DNA of 64,000 bases from Calditrichales bacterium (GTDB lineage Bacteria > Calditrichota > Calditrichia > Calditrichales > J004). The stretch lies in contig OZ254086.1 in the NCBI GenBank assembly GCA_965267575.1, positions 2,439,805 to 2,503,804 of the forward strand, given 5' to 3'. Position 1 is the stretch's first letter. Each line of letters begins with the position of its first letter. The notes below the pieces were generated by a model, which saw only the letters and a list, made by a program, of their open reading frames with translations, made no database searches and had not been told where the DNA came from. Position numbers and translations under genes: made by a program. This document shows positions 1-8,787 of the stretch, in pieces.

Positions 1-1
1 C

Positions 2-3000
2 TTTGGCTACTGGAAAGGCATCATCGCAGGAGCTACGGCGGACAGTGTTTCGCTGCACTGGTTCTCCCTGGAAGGTGCGGAAACCGCCATTGCCAGCGAG
101 GGTGCTTCGGTCTCTTTAACGCTGGGCGGGATAGAAGATAATCTTAGCGGCCTGCATTTAAATAATGCCGCGCTGACCATGAAAAACGTCAACTTTGATT
201 CCAACGCCACGGCTATTAGCCTGGCCGGTACCAGCGTTGCCAATATCAAAAACATTAACATTTTGCGCAGCCTGAGCAGCGGACTGGAGGCCGGCACCGG
301 CACGACCGTCAATCTGAGTAATTCCATTCTTTGGGCCAATCCCGTTTCCGTGAGCAGCGCGGCCGGCAGCAACGTGTCCGTGCGCTACTCCACGGTGGAT
401 AGCATCAACGGACCGGCCGATGTTTTTTCGGTTTCGAAATTGCCGCCATTATTCAACGACGCGGACACGGCTTACTTCCAGCCGCTGTTGATGTCGCCGA
501 CCATTGACGCGGGCGACCCGGCTGATAATTACAGCATGGAGCCGCTGCCAAATGGCAAGCGCGTAAACCAGGGGCTGTACGGGGGAACCTTTTTTGCTAC
601 ACCGACCTTTCAGCCAAAGCTGACCATCCTGCAGGATTCGCTCTCTTTTTCGGCGCCGCTGGGCGGGGCCGATACGCTTAATCTTCGCCTGCGCAACACC
701 GGTAATGTGCCGCTGCAACTGAACTCTGTCACAGTCGCTGATCCGGCTGCCTTCCGCGTTTCAGCACCGGGCACAACCGTGGGTGCCGGCGAAAGCAGCA
801 TCATACGCATCATTTTCCGGGCTTCGGAGCGCGCCGTCTACCACGACAAGCTGGTTATTAACAGCAGTGATCCGCACGCTCCCGTAAAGACAATCGACCT
901 GCGCGGTGATGTTACAAACCGGCTGCCTTACTTTGTGACCAACCCGGCTACGCAGGCGCGTGTGGGGCAGTTTTACAGCCAGCCGCTGGAAGCGCGCGAT
1001 GATGACGGCGATGAACTGAGTATTACAATTTTACAATCGCCGCAATGGCTCGGGCTAAACGCAGATGCGCTGGAGGGAACACCGGCGCTGGGTGATACCG
1101 GCACGCACGCCGTTTCGGTTCAGGCGCAGGATGTGCTGGGAGGAACTGGCCGTCTGGATTTCGATGTGCATGTGACATTTATTAACGGTGCCCCGCAGTG
1201 GAGTGTGAGCGATACGCTGCTTGTCAACGAGGATGAAAGCGCTGTTTTCGACCTTGCGGAATTCGTAAGTGATGACGACACGGCGCCCGACCTGCTGCGC
1301 TTTGAGGTAACGGCTGTCAGCGATTCCCAAAATATAAAGTATGCATTGGATAAATCCGCGCTGAGCATATCTCCGGCGGCGGACTATTTTTCCGAGGAAA
1401 CAGATTGGCTGCGCGTTTCGGCGACCGACGCCGGCGGACTGAACAGTGTGGGGCAGCTTTTCCTGGTGGTTACGCCGCAGAATGATGCGCCGCGCTTTAC
1501 GGCGCTGCGGGACACCGTTTTGTACACACATTTGGAATACCGCCGCACCTGGCCGGTCAGCGAAGTGGACGGCGATCTTTTAACCTTTGCGGATAATACA
1601 AGCCTATTTAATATCAATGACGCGGGGCAGATTGCCTTTACGCCGACTTTGCAGGATACGGGTGCTCATGAGGTTGTTTTGTCGGCAAGTGACGGATTTT
1701 TCACAGTCTCCGATACGGTCATCTTTAGTATCATGCCCAACGTGGTTCCAGCGCCGGAGACGCTTTTTCTCTCGGCCAGGGACCGGGCCATCGATCTCTC
1801 TTTCCGCGTGCATCCGTCGGAGTTTTACAGCGGCACGATCGTCGTAATTTCCGGGGAAGCTGCCGTGAATGCGCCGGACCAGGGACTGCTGACGCTGGAT
1901 ACGGTCTTTGCCGTCGCCGACTCCGCTGTTAACGCGAATGTCGCCATCGACGACCTGGGCATCAACCGCCGCTATTATGTGAGCGTTTTTAATTACTATG
2001 ACGAAAACGGCGTGATTTATTCGCGGCCAATTCAGGGACAAATTCAGACACCGGCGCCACGCCTGGTGCTGCCCGAACGCAGCAGCCGTTTTGTCTTGCC
2101 GGTTAACAAAACGCAGACCGCCGCCATTAAAGTTAAAAATGATGGCGGGGGCACGCTGCAGGGCAAGTGGATCTACACACCCGACTCACTGACACAGGTA
2201 TGGTTCCATGCCGATACGGCCGGTCGTGCGATCGCCCCGGGAGACTCGGCCGAATTTGAAATCAACCTGCACCCCAACAAATACATGCCGCGCGGCAACA
2301 GGCAGGTTACGCTGGCTTTTGTCAGCAATGATCCGCTGCAGCAAGGCGGGGCGACTTTCAGCGTGGTGCTGGAACCCATTTTTGATGATTTCGCGCCACG
2401 CGTGGTCTGGCAATCGCTTCCGGACAGCATCCTGCGCCAATCGGCTTTGGTGGCGCACTACGCCCTGGACGATACCAGCGGCAGGCCTATTGGTGATCCG
2501 CCGGCAGCCCTGCAATCGGCCTGGCGTTTACAAAAACTAGATGGCGACATTGTAGCTGCCACGGACAGCAGCAGCGACCTTGCCGCGCGCGTTTACCCGC
2601 TTGAAGACGGTGTTTACCGCCTGACCGTTTGGGGTTTTGATTCCGAAGGCAATGGCGTGGACGCCTCGTCGGCCAGCCACTTTGCTTTTCGCGTACAGGC
2701 TTCAGCGATCGTTTTACCGGCAAAACGCTGGCTGCTGGTGGGTCTGCCCAGACCGCACGAAGGGACCTGGCAGCAATTCAGCGATTCCACGCGGCGCTTG
2801 TATAAGTGGGACAATGCCGAGGAACGCTACCTGACCGACAGCGAATTTGCCAGCTCAACAGCCGTGGATGGCCAGGCGGTATGGATGATCAGCGAACGCC
2901 CGGTTCCGGTTGACATGAGCGGGCACAGGCAGCCCGGCGCGCAGGATACGCTGGCGGTCGACATTGTTACCGGATGGAACCAGGTAGCCGTGCCGGTGAG

Positions 3001-4006
3001 CTACAGCACCTTCTGGAAAAAGATGCTTTTTCAGCCGCAGGGCCAGCAGGCCGTGACCCTGGAGCAGGCCGGAAGAGACGGGTTGGTCACACCGGCCGTT
3101 TACTGGTATCAATACAAAGATGACAGGCAGGGCTATGATTGGGCTGCGCTGGATTCTGCGTACAGCATGCCCTGGCGCGGGTTCTGGCTGCAAAGTACAA
3201 CGCCCGGCAGGTTATACTTCACCACAGAGGCCGCTGATCTTTTTGAAATGCGCAAGGCCAACGCCATTGTCGGGCTGGCAAAAGGACAATCCGCGCAAGG
3301 CTGGCGCCTTAATCTGACCCTCGAAAACGATAGCTATATAGACAAGGGCAACGTGATTGGCGAAGGGGGCAGCTTTATGCAACAGCGCATTGAAGAGCCG
3401 CCGCACTTTGGCAGCTACTGCGCTCTTAGCATAACATCAAACGGCAAAAACTGGACCCAGGATATCCGCGAACAGAGCGGCGATGTGCACAAGTGGGCGC
3501 TGCGGGTAAGCTCCCAGGAAGCATCGCGGGAACATCTTATCTACTGGAATCACCGCGTGCTTGAAGAACAGGGTGTTTTTCTTTTCCTTGTTGATCCGCG
3601 CAACGGAACGGCCATAGAGATGAACAGCGAGAGCAGCTACCGCTTTACGCCATCCCGCGAGACAGTGGCATTTGAAATTTACGCGTCCTACGATCCTGCC
3701 TTTGAACCGGTGATCGTTCCCGAAACATTGCGCCTGGAGCAGAACTATCCCAATCCTTTCAATCCGGCCACAACGATTCGTTTTGCCGTACCGGGCAGTG
3801 ACGCGCAGAATGTGCGCCTGGAAGTATTCAATACCTTGGGCCAGCAGGTGGCTGTTTTAACTGACAAAAAATACAAGCCCGGCTATCATGACCTGCAATG
3901 GAAGGGTGTTGACCACAGTGGCCGACCATTGCCGGCCGGCGTTTATTTCTACCGCTTAAAGGCCGCTGGCAACCAGCTTGTGCGCAAGATGGTGCTGTTG
4001 AAATAA
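2..4006 (+). CDS. Large secreted adhesin-like protein, 5'-truncated by the window edge. Beta-helix-like repeats, He_PIG/cadherin-like Ig repeats and a T9SS C-terminal sorting domain.
   Basis: The frame of ORF 179..4006 stays open back to nt 2 (FGYWKGIIAGATADSVSLHW...), so the ATG at 179 is internal. Repeats of the type DDDGDELSITILQSPQWLGL...GTPALGDTGTH and NDAPRF. C-terminus QNYPNPFNPATTIRF...GVYFYRLKAAGNQLVRKMVLLK. Confidence 0.8.
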   Translation, partial: FGYWKGIIAGATADSVSLHWFSLEGAETAIASEGASVSLTLGGIEDNLSGLHLNNAALTMKNVNFDSNATAISLAGTSVANIKNINILRSLSSGLEAGTGTTVNLSNSILWANPVSVSSAAGSNVSVRYSTVDSINGPADVFSVSKLPPLFNDADTAYFQPLLMSPTIDAGDPADNYSMEPLPNGKRVNQGLYGGTFFATPTFQPKLTILQDSLSFSAPLGGADTLNLRLRNTGNVPLQLNSVTVADPAAFRVSAPGTTVGAGESSIIRIIFRASERAVYHDKLVINSSDPHAPVKTIDLRGDVTNRLPYFVTNPATQARVGQFYSQPLEARDDDGDELSITILQSPQWLGLNADALEGTPALGDTGTHAVSVQAQDVLGGTGRLDFDVHVTFINGAPQWSVSDTLLVNEDESAVFDLAEFVSDDDTAPDLLRFEVTAVSDSQNIKYALDKSALSISPAADYFSEETDWLRVSATDAGGLNSVGQLFLVVTPQNDAPRFTALRDTVLYTHLEYRRTWPVSEVDGDLLTFADNTSLFNINDAGQIAFTPTLQDTGAHEVVLSASDGFFTVSDTVIFSIMPNVVPAPETLFLSARDRAIDLSFRVHPSEFYSGTIVVISGEAAVNAPDQGLLTLDTVFAVADSAVNANVAIDDLGINRRYYVSVFNYYDENGVIYSRPIQGQIQTPAPRLVLPERSSRFVLPVNKTQTAAIKVKNDGGGTLQGKWIYTPDSLTQVWFHADTAGRAIAPGDSAEFEINLHPNKYMPRGNRQVTLAFVSNDPLQQGGATFSVVLEPIFDDFAPRVVWQSLPDSILRQSALVAHYALDDTSGRPIGDPPAALQSAWRLQKLDGDIVAATDSSSDLAARVYPLEDGVYRLTVWGFDSEGNGVDASSASHFAFRVQASAIVLPAKRWLLVGLPRPHEGTWQQFSDSTRRLYKWDNAEERYLTDSEFASSTAVDGQAVWMISERPVPVDMSGHRQPGAQDTLAVDIVTGWNQVAVPVSYSTFWKKMLFQPQGQQAVTLEQAGRDGLVTPAVYWYQYKDDRQGYDWAALDSAYSMPWRGFWLQSTTPGRLYFTTEAADLFEMRKANAIVGLAKGQSAQGWRLNLTLENDSYIDKGNVIGEGGSFMQQRIEEPPHFGSYCALSITSNGKNWTQDIREQSGDVHKWALRVSSQEASREHLIYWNHRVLEEQGVFLFLVDPRNGTAIEMNSESSYRFTPSRETVAFEIYASYDPAFEPVIVPETLRLEQNYPNPFNPATTIRFAVPGSDAQNVRLEVFNTLGQQVAVLTDKKYKPGYHDLQWKGVDHSGRPLPAGVYFYRLKAAGNQLVRKMVLLK

Positions 4007-4047
4007 GGAAATATTTCCTAAACGTAATAGTCAGAAGCAAGAAATAG

Positions 4048-4085
4048 AATCCCTGTCGTCTAACCATGGTCGGCAGGGATTTTTA
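4048..4085. terminator. Rho-independent terminator hairpin between convergent genes
   Basis: AATCCCTGTCG (12-nt loop) CGGCAGGGATT, an 11-bp stem with one G-U pair, followed by TTTTAT. Confidence 0.6.
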
Positions 4086-4099
4086 TATAAAATCAGAGT

Positions 4100-4831
4100 T
4101 TAGCGGAGAGTACGCAGTACTTTTATAGCGTTTTTGTTTTTTGGGTTAAGTTGCAGTGATTTATTGTAGTGCACCCGCGCGTTGCTGCTGTCTCCGCTTG
4201 CCAGGTAAGCTTCGCCCAGGCTGTCATGCACATTTGCCGATTGCGGATAAAACTTGGCATTCAGCTTAAATACAGCCAGGGCATCGCCGACGCTTTGCTC
4301 CATAACGCGGTAGCCAAAATAATTCAATGAGCCTTCACCGAAATCAAAAGTAAAACCGCCATAATAGCGTTTCCTGAGTTCGCCATATTTATCCAGCGCC
4401 GCTTCAAGTCCCTGCTCTTCATAGCTTTCCAGCAACACCAGGTAAAGATGCTTTGGCTCTTTGTAGCCGCGGTGGCAGGTCATACAGGCAACACCTGTTG
4501 CTTGCGGGTCGTGCCGCCTTACTTCTCCGATAAATCTATCGTTGATCAGCCGTGTCATTTTAATCATTTCGCGGGCAATTTTCTTTTGCGGCTTGGCATC
4601 CGAAGCAAAATCTATCTGTTCAAGTTTTTTGCCTTTACTGTCGTCGTGGCAATGGTTGCAGCGTACACCAAGCGATGTGCTGAACGCGATCATCTCTCTC
4701 TTCAGATCATCTGCACTGATGGAATCGCTGAAAACCTGCAGGTTCTTGCGTTCCATATCCCACGAAAATTGGGCCTGGAGAGGGGAGATCAAGTTTACCG
4801 CCAGACCACACATTACAATGATTTTCAACAT
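4100..4831 (-). CDS. Secreted dihaem c-type cytochrome (reaction-centre cytochrome c subunit-like haem motifs) fused to C-terminal TPR repeats
   Basis: Two CxxCH motifs (VRCNHCH, ACMTCHRG) with the K..AREMIKMTRLIN context. Signal peptide MLKIIVMCGLAVNLISPLQA. TPR-like tail (EAYLASGDSSNARVHYNKSLQLNP). Start moved to the ATG at 4831, which is preceded by GGAGGA; the longer ORF would overlap the upstream gene. Confidence 0.75.
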   Translation of the reverse strand: MLKIIVMCGLAVNLISPLQAQFSWDMERKNLQVFSDSISADDLKREMIAFSTSLGVRCNHCHDDSKGKKLEQIDFASDAKPQKKIAREMIKMTRLINDRFIGEVRRHDPQATGVACMTCHRGYKEPKHLYLVLLESYEEQGLEAALDKYGELRKRYYGGFTFDFGEGSLNYFGYRVMEQSVGDALAVFKLNAKFYPQSANVHDSLGEAYLASGDSSNARVHYNKSLQLNPKNKNAIKVLRTLR

Positions 4832-4841
4832 CGGTCCTCCT

Positions 4842-6617
4842 TTATTTTGTAAGCACCATTTTTTTGCTGAAAGTAAGGCCATCTGCGCTAACCCTGTAAA
4901 AGTAGATGCCACTGGGCAGATTAACCGCGTTAAAAACAAAACGATGGGTTCCGGCGCTCTTAAATCCATCAAACAATGTCGCTACCTTTTGCCCGTTCAG
5001 GTTAAATACGTCAAGCTGCAGCTTAATATGTTTGCCCGCGCTTTCCGGAATTGTAAGCTCAATTGTTGTGGAGGGGTTAAAGGGGTTAGGCCAGTTTTGC
5101 CGTAATGAAAAGCCCTGTGGCAATACCGTTTTACTTTGCTCAATCGAGGTGACGGCTCTCGTTAACAGACCACCTTCTTCCAGGATGTAAAAGTCATTTG
5201 CTTCAACAGCCGTAAACGTCTGTTTTAAACCGGAAGGCCATTCAACTATGATGCTGTCAATCTGGGTGGCGGCTCCAAGCCCGAAGTGGACGCGGTTGTC
5301 ATTCTGGCTGTTGTAGCCATGCTGGGCGTTTATCTCCCGCATCTGCCATACAGGCCGGTCGTTAATGGCTGCCTTCAAACGAATCTTTGTTCCAATGGCT
5401 GAGGCGTTTGATTGCCTGCCGTAATGCTTTATCTGGATCCAGTTATTTCCTATAGTTTCATTGCGGTAAAGCGTGTTATTGTTGCCACCGCGGTTGGCTA
5501 CAAAAAGATCCAGGTCCCCATCGTTGTCGTAGTCGGCCCAGGCCGAAGCCATGGAATTTTCAACGTCGTTAACGATCGCGCCATCCGATAGCTTATTGAA
5601 TGCATAATCCGGATAGCCGCTGTTTTCATAAAGAAAATTCTTGTTGTCGCTCCAATTACTTACAAACAAATCCAGGTCGCCGTCGTTGTCAAAATCGATA
5701 AAGCTGCCCGAGATTGACATGCTGTTTTCGTTGACGACCTCCCCGGAGCGAATGGGCGTTAGCGAGCCATCGCCGTTGTTTACATAGAGATCGTTTACAA
5801 AATTAGCCTGGTTAGCCACAAAAAGGTCCTGCCGGCCATCGTTGTTAAAATCTCCCCACGTTGCGCCCATCGAGGCGCGTTTGTCTGTCGTAATTGCGCC
5901 ACTGTCCAGCTTACTAAACGAGCCGTCGCCCCGGTTTATGTAAAACAGGTTTGTTTTTCCAGCCGAACCGGCATTTGTGACCATAAGATCGCTGTCACCA
6001 TCGTTATCAAAATCGGACCAGGCACAGCCTATTGATGTATTGGTTTCTTTCGTAGGGTGGCCTTCGTTCATTTTACTAAACGTGCCCACGTTGTTGGAGT
6101 AGAGGAATGACGGAGCAAAAAAATTGGTCACGAAAAGGTCGATATAACCGTTGTTATCGAAGTCCGTCCAGCCTGCCGAATTGGAATTGCCACCATCAGT
6201 AACAATAGCGTTATCGGCTATTTGCTGAAACTGAAAATTCCCATGGTTCAGGTACAAAAAATTGTTTTGATTGTCGCGGTTGGCTACGGCAATATCATCC
6301 AGACCATCGTTATTGTAATCCGCGATCGTCGCGCCATTGGATCTGCTGTTGCCGTTGACGATCTGGCCCTCCTGCAAAGCGCTGAAGGTTCCGTCACCAT
6401 TATTCATGTACAGGAAATTATCGGCGTTTTTGCCGGAAGCGCCGCCATTGGATATAAACAAATCGCTGAAGCCGTCATTGTTAAGGTCGGCCCAGGCTAC
6501 CCCAAACGATTCGCCGCCATCTGTAACATGCGGACCTTCTGCTATTTTGGTGAAGCTTTGCGCGTTCAGAAATCCTATCTGGGAAAAGAACAATATTAAA
6601 TGACAGAGCCGCTTCAT
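4842..6617 (-). CDS. FG-GAP/VCBS-repeat protein with an ASPIC/UnbV-like domain (CRTAC1-like) and a T9SS C-terminal domain
   Basis: Repeated DxDNDGxxDLFV calcium-binding FG-GAP motifs. UnbV-like block GTKIRLKA...QNDNRVHFGLG...VEWPSG. C-terminus QNWPNPFNPSTTI...GIYFYRV...KKMVLTK. N-terminal signal peptide. Confidence 0.85.
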   Translation of the reverse strand: MKRLCHLILFFSQIGFLNAQSFTKIAEGPHVTDGGESFGVAWADLNNDGFSDLFISNGGASGKNADNFLYMNNGDGTFSALQEGQIVNGNSRSNGATIADYNNDGLDDIAVANRDNQNNFLYLNHGNFQFQQIADNAIVTDGGNSNSAGWTDFDNNGYIDLFVTNFFAPSFLYSNNVGTFSKMNEGHPTKETNTSIGCAWSDFDNDGDSDLMVTNAGSAGKTNLFYINRGDGSFSKLDSGAITTDKRASMGATWGDFNNDGRQDLFVANQANFVNDLYVNNGDGSLTPIRSGEVVNENSMSISGSFIDFDNDGDLDLFVSNWSDNKNFLYENSGYPDYAFNKLSDGAIVNDVENSMASAWADYDNDGDLDLFVANRGGNNNTLYRNETIGNNWIQIKHYGRQSNASAIGTKIRLKAAINDRPVWQMREINAQHGYNSQNDNRVHFGLGAATQIDSIIVEWPSGLKQTFTAVEANDFYILEEGGLLTRAVTSIEQSKTVLPQGFSLRQNWPNPFNPSTTIELTIPESAGKHIKLQLDVFNLNGQKVATLFDGFKSAGTHRFVFNAVNLPSGIYFYRVSADGLTFSKKMVLTK

Positions 6618-6725
6618 AATATCCTCCTTTGTTTAAACGAGGATATGATCGAAGGTGGTACGCTCAAACGCGCAAGTGACAGACGCGCCGGTTAATGTTA
6701 TGGACGGAAAAAAAGGTGGGATAAT

Positions 6726-7493
6726 CTACCTGATAAGCCGGTTCAGATTGTCACGATAACTTTTACCGCTTACAACTTCAGCACCGGATTTAAGAATGAT
6801 TTTATAACTGCCGCTGAACCAGTTTACGATTTCTTTTATGCTTTTTATTCTGACAATAGCCGAGCGCTGAACCCGAATAAATTCGGCGGGGTCAAGTTTC
6901 TGCTCCAGGTTTTTTATTGTCTCGCGGATCAACTCTTCCCGGGCACCAACGTGCAGCTTTATGTAATTGCCTTCAGCTTCAAACCAGTCCACTTCCTGCG
7001 CTTCCACAAAGCTGATACGTCCGGCATTTTTTATCACAAAACGTTGTACATAATCGGGCTTTTCGTTGCTGCTTAAATGTTGCACGAGGGAAAGAATATT
7101 CTCGTTAAGCTTTTCGGATGTGCGGGTGAGCAGGCGCTCTTTGGATTTTTTCAGAGCAGTAAAAAAGCGCTCTTTGTCATAGGGCTTCAGCAGATAGTCC
7201 AGGGCGTTTACTTCGAAAGCCTTAAGCGCGAAAGAATCGTAAGCTGTAACAAAGATAACCTCGGGGATTTCATGCTGTGCCAGTTTGGCCAGAACTTCAA
7301 AACCATTTAGTCCCGGCATCTGGATATCCAGGAACACAAGATCCGGCTTCCGTTCAAGAATAGAACGCAGGGCCTCCGTGCCATTGTCGCTTTCTCCCAC
7401 TACTGTAATGTCAGCATCATTGCGCAAAAGCTCGCGTATTCTCTCCCGTGCCAGCGGTTCATCATCAATTATCAAAACCCGAATTTTGTTCAT
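6726..7493 (-). CDS. LytR/AlgR-family response regulator (REC + LytTR DNA-binding domain)
   Basis: MNKIRVLIIDDEPLARERI...DLVFLDIQMPGLNG receiver motifs and a C-terminal LytTR-like region. 4-nt overlap with the upstream kinase gene. Confidence 0.9.
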   Translation of the reverse strand: MNKIRVLIIDDEPLARERIRELLRNDADITVVGESDNGTEALRSILERKPDLVFLDIQMPGLNGFEVLAKLAQHEIPEVIFVTAYDSFALKAFEVNALDYLLKPYDKERFFTALKKSKERLLTRTSEKLNENILSLVQHLSSNEKPDYVQRFVIKNAGRISFVEAQEVDWFEAEGNYIKLHVGAREELIRETIKNLEQKLDPAEFIRVQRSAIVRIKSIKEIVNWFSGSYKIILKSGAEVVSGKSYRDNLNRLIR

Positions 7494-8632
7494 GGTTCTT
7501 TTGGGATTTTTAGGGTTACGGTCAAACCTTTGTCGTTGTTGTTTTTTATCAGGAATTCAAAATTATCACCAAAAAAATATTTAAGGCGGTCACGTGTGTT
7601 GCTCAACCCAATTCCCTGCTTGAAGTTCTTTTTAATGCCCGGCCCCGTATCTTTTACTGCCAGATGAATATGTTGATTATGTTGTTGCGCCGCAATTTGA
7701 ATGGACTGCTTTTGTGTTTCTGCTTCCACGCCGTATTTAACCGCGTTTTCAACGATGGGCTGTAAAATAAACGCCGGCAGCATTGTATCCAGCAGCGTCT
7801 TGTCCACGTTAAACTCAACGTCTATTTTTCCCTCGTAACGGATTTTTTGTATCTCCAGATATTTTTCTAAAAACTCCAGTTCGTCTTTTAGTGTCACACT
7901 TTTCTTGCCCAATCCATCCAGTGAGATACGCAGCAGGTCACTTAGCCTTGCCAGCACTTTTTCCGCCAGGTTTACATCGCGGTGCATTAGCGTTGTAACG
8001 GCGTTTAAGGTGTTAAACAAAAAGTGCGGCTGAAGCTGCGACTTGAGCAGTTCAACCCGGGCTTCGGCCAACTTTGTTTCCAATTGCGATTTTAGCAGCT
8101 CGCTTTCCCGGTGTCTCCTGTAATAAATGATACTGACAATAACAGATACGATCAGTCCATAGACAAAAAGACTATCGAAGCTGCCGCCCAAAATAGCAAA
8201 CCTGGCCGATTGCAAAGCTTCCAAAATACCGCGGTCCAGTTCACCGTCCAGGTCGCGGATTACAAACGTGACAAAAATAGAAAGAGCGCGATGAACAAGG
8301 GAAATGCCAATTCCGCTAAATAACAATATCCTTATGTTTTTGGCCAAATGCTTCTTTGACAAAGTAAGCCCATTTACGATCCTGTAAACAATGGGCGTAA
8401 AAAATGCCCATAACATGTAATTGGACACGCGATACGTAAGATTTCCGTACCAGTTAAAAGGCTGGTCGTTGCTGGCGCTGTAGATGTACTGTGGTATCAC
8501 GAAGAAAAACCCCAGAAGCGTCCACGCGGCGAGCAGGTAAAAAAAATAATATCGTTTATGAAAAGCTTTATTTGTCAATTCGATGTCCCGGATAATATTG
8601 GCAATTATATAAAACTGCGTTGCCAAATGCAT
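7490..8632 (-). CDS. LytS/YehU-type sensor histidine kinase
   Basis: Multiple N-terminal TM helices, His_kinase box LQPHFLFNTLN, and HATPase_c motifs (ENAVKYG, DTGPGI). Confidence 0.85.
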   Translation of the reverse strand: MHLATQFYIIANIIRDIELTNKAFHKRYYFFYLLAAWTLLGFFFVIPQYIYSASNDQPFNWYGNLTYRVSNYMLWAFFTPIVYRIVNGLTLSKKHLAKNIRILLFSGIGISLVHRALSIFVTFVIRDLDGELDRGILEALQSARFAILGGSFDSLFVYGLIVSVIVSIIYYRRHRESELLKSQLETKLAEARVELLKSQLQPHFLFNTLNAVTTLMHRDVNLAEKVLARLSDLLRISLDGLGKKSVTLKDELEFLEKYLEIQKIRYEGKIDVEFNVDKTLLDTMLPAFILQPIVENAVKYGVEAETQKQSIQIAAQQHNQHIHLAVKDTGPGIKKNFKQGIGLSNTRDRLKYFFGDNFEFLIKNNNDKGLTVTLKIPKEP

Positions 8633-8787
8633 GTCCGGAGTGACAAAACCACGTTTTATTGGGACAAACGCTTAATTGCTTTAGGGTTTTTCGTCTCAAT
8701 TAATTTTGGTTTTTGTTGCTAAATATAGCATCTTTCGTTCGTTATACCCCGCTATGAATTATTGATATTTCAATCCTGGGGACAGCC

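Noticed and set aside
179-181. ATG at 179 as the start of the first large gene.
   Set aside because: The same frame is open from nt 2 and encodes the same repeat type upstream. The gene is truncated by the window edge, so the ATG is internal.
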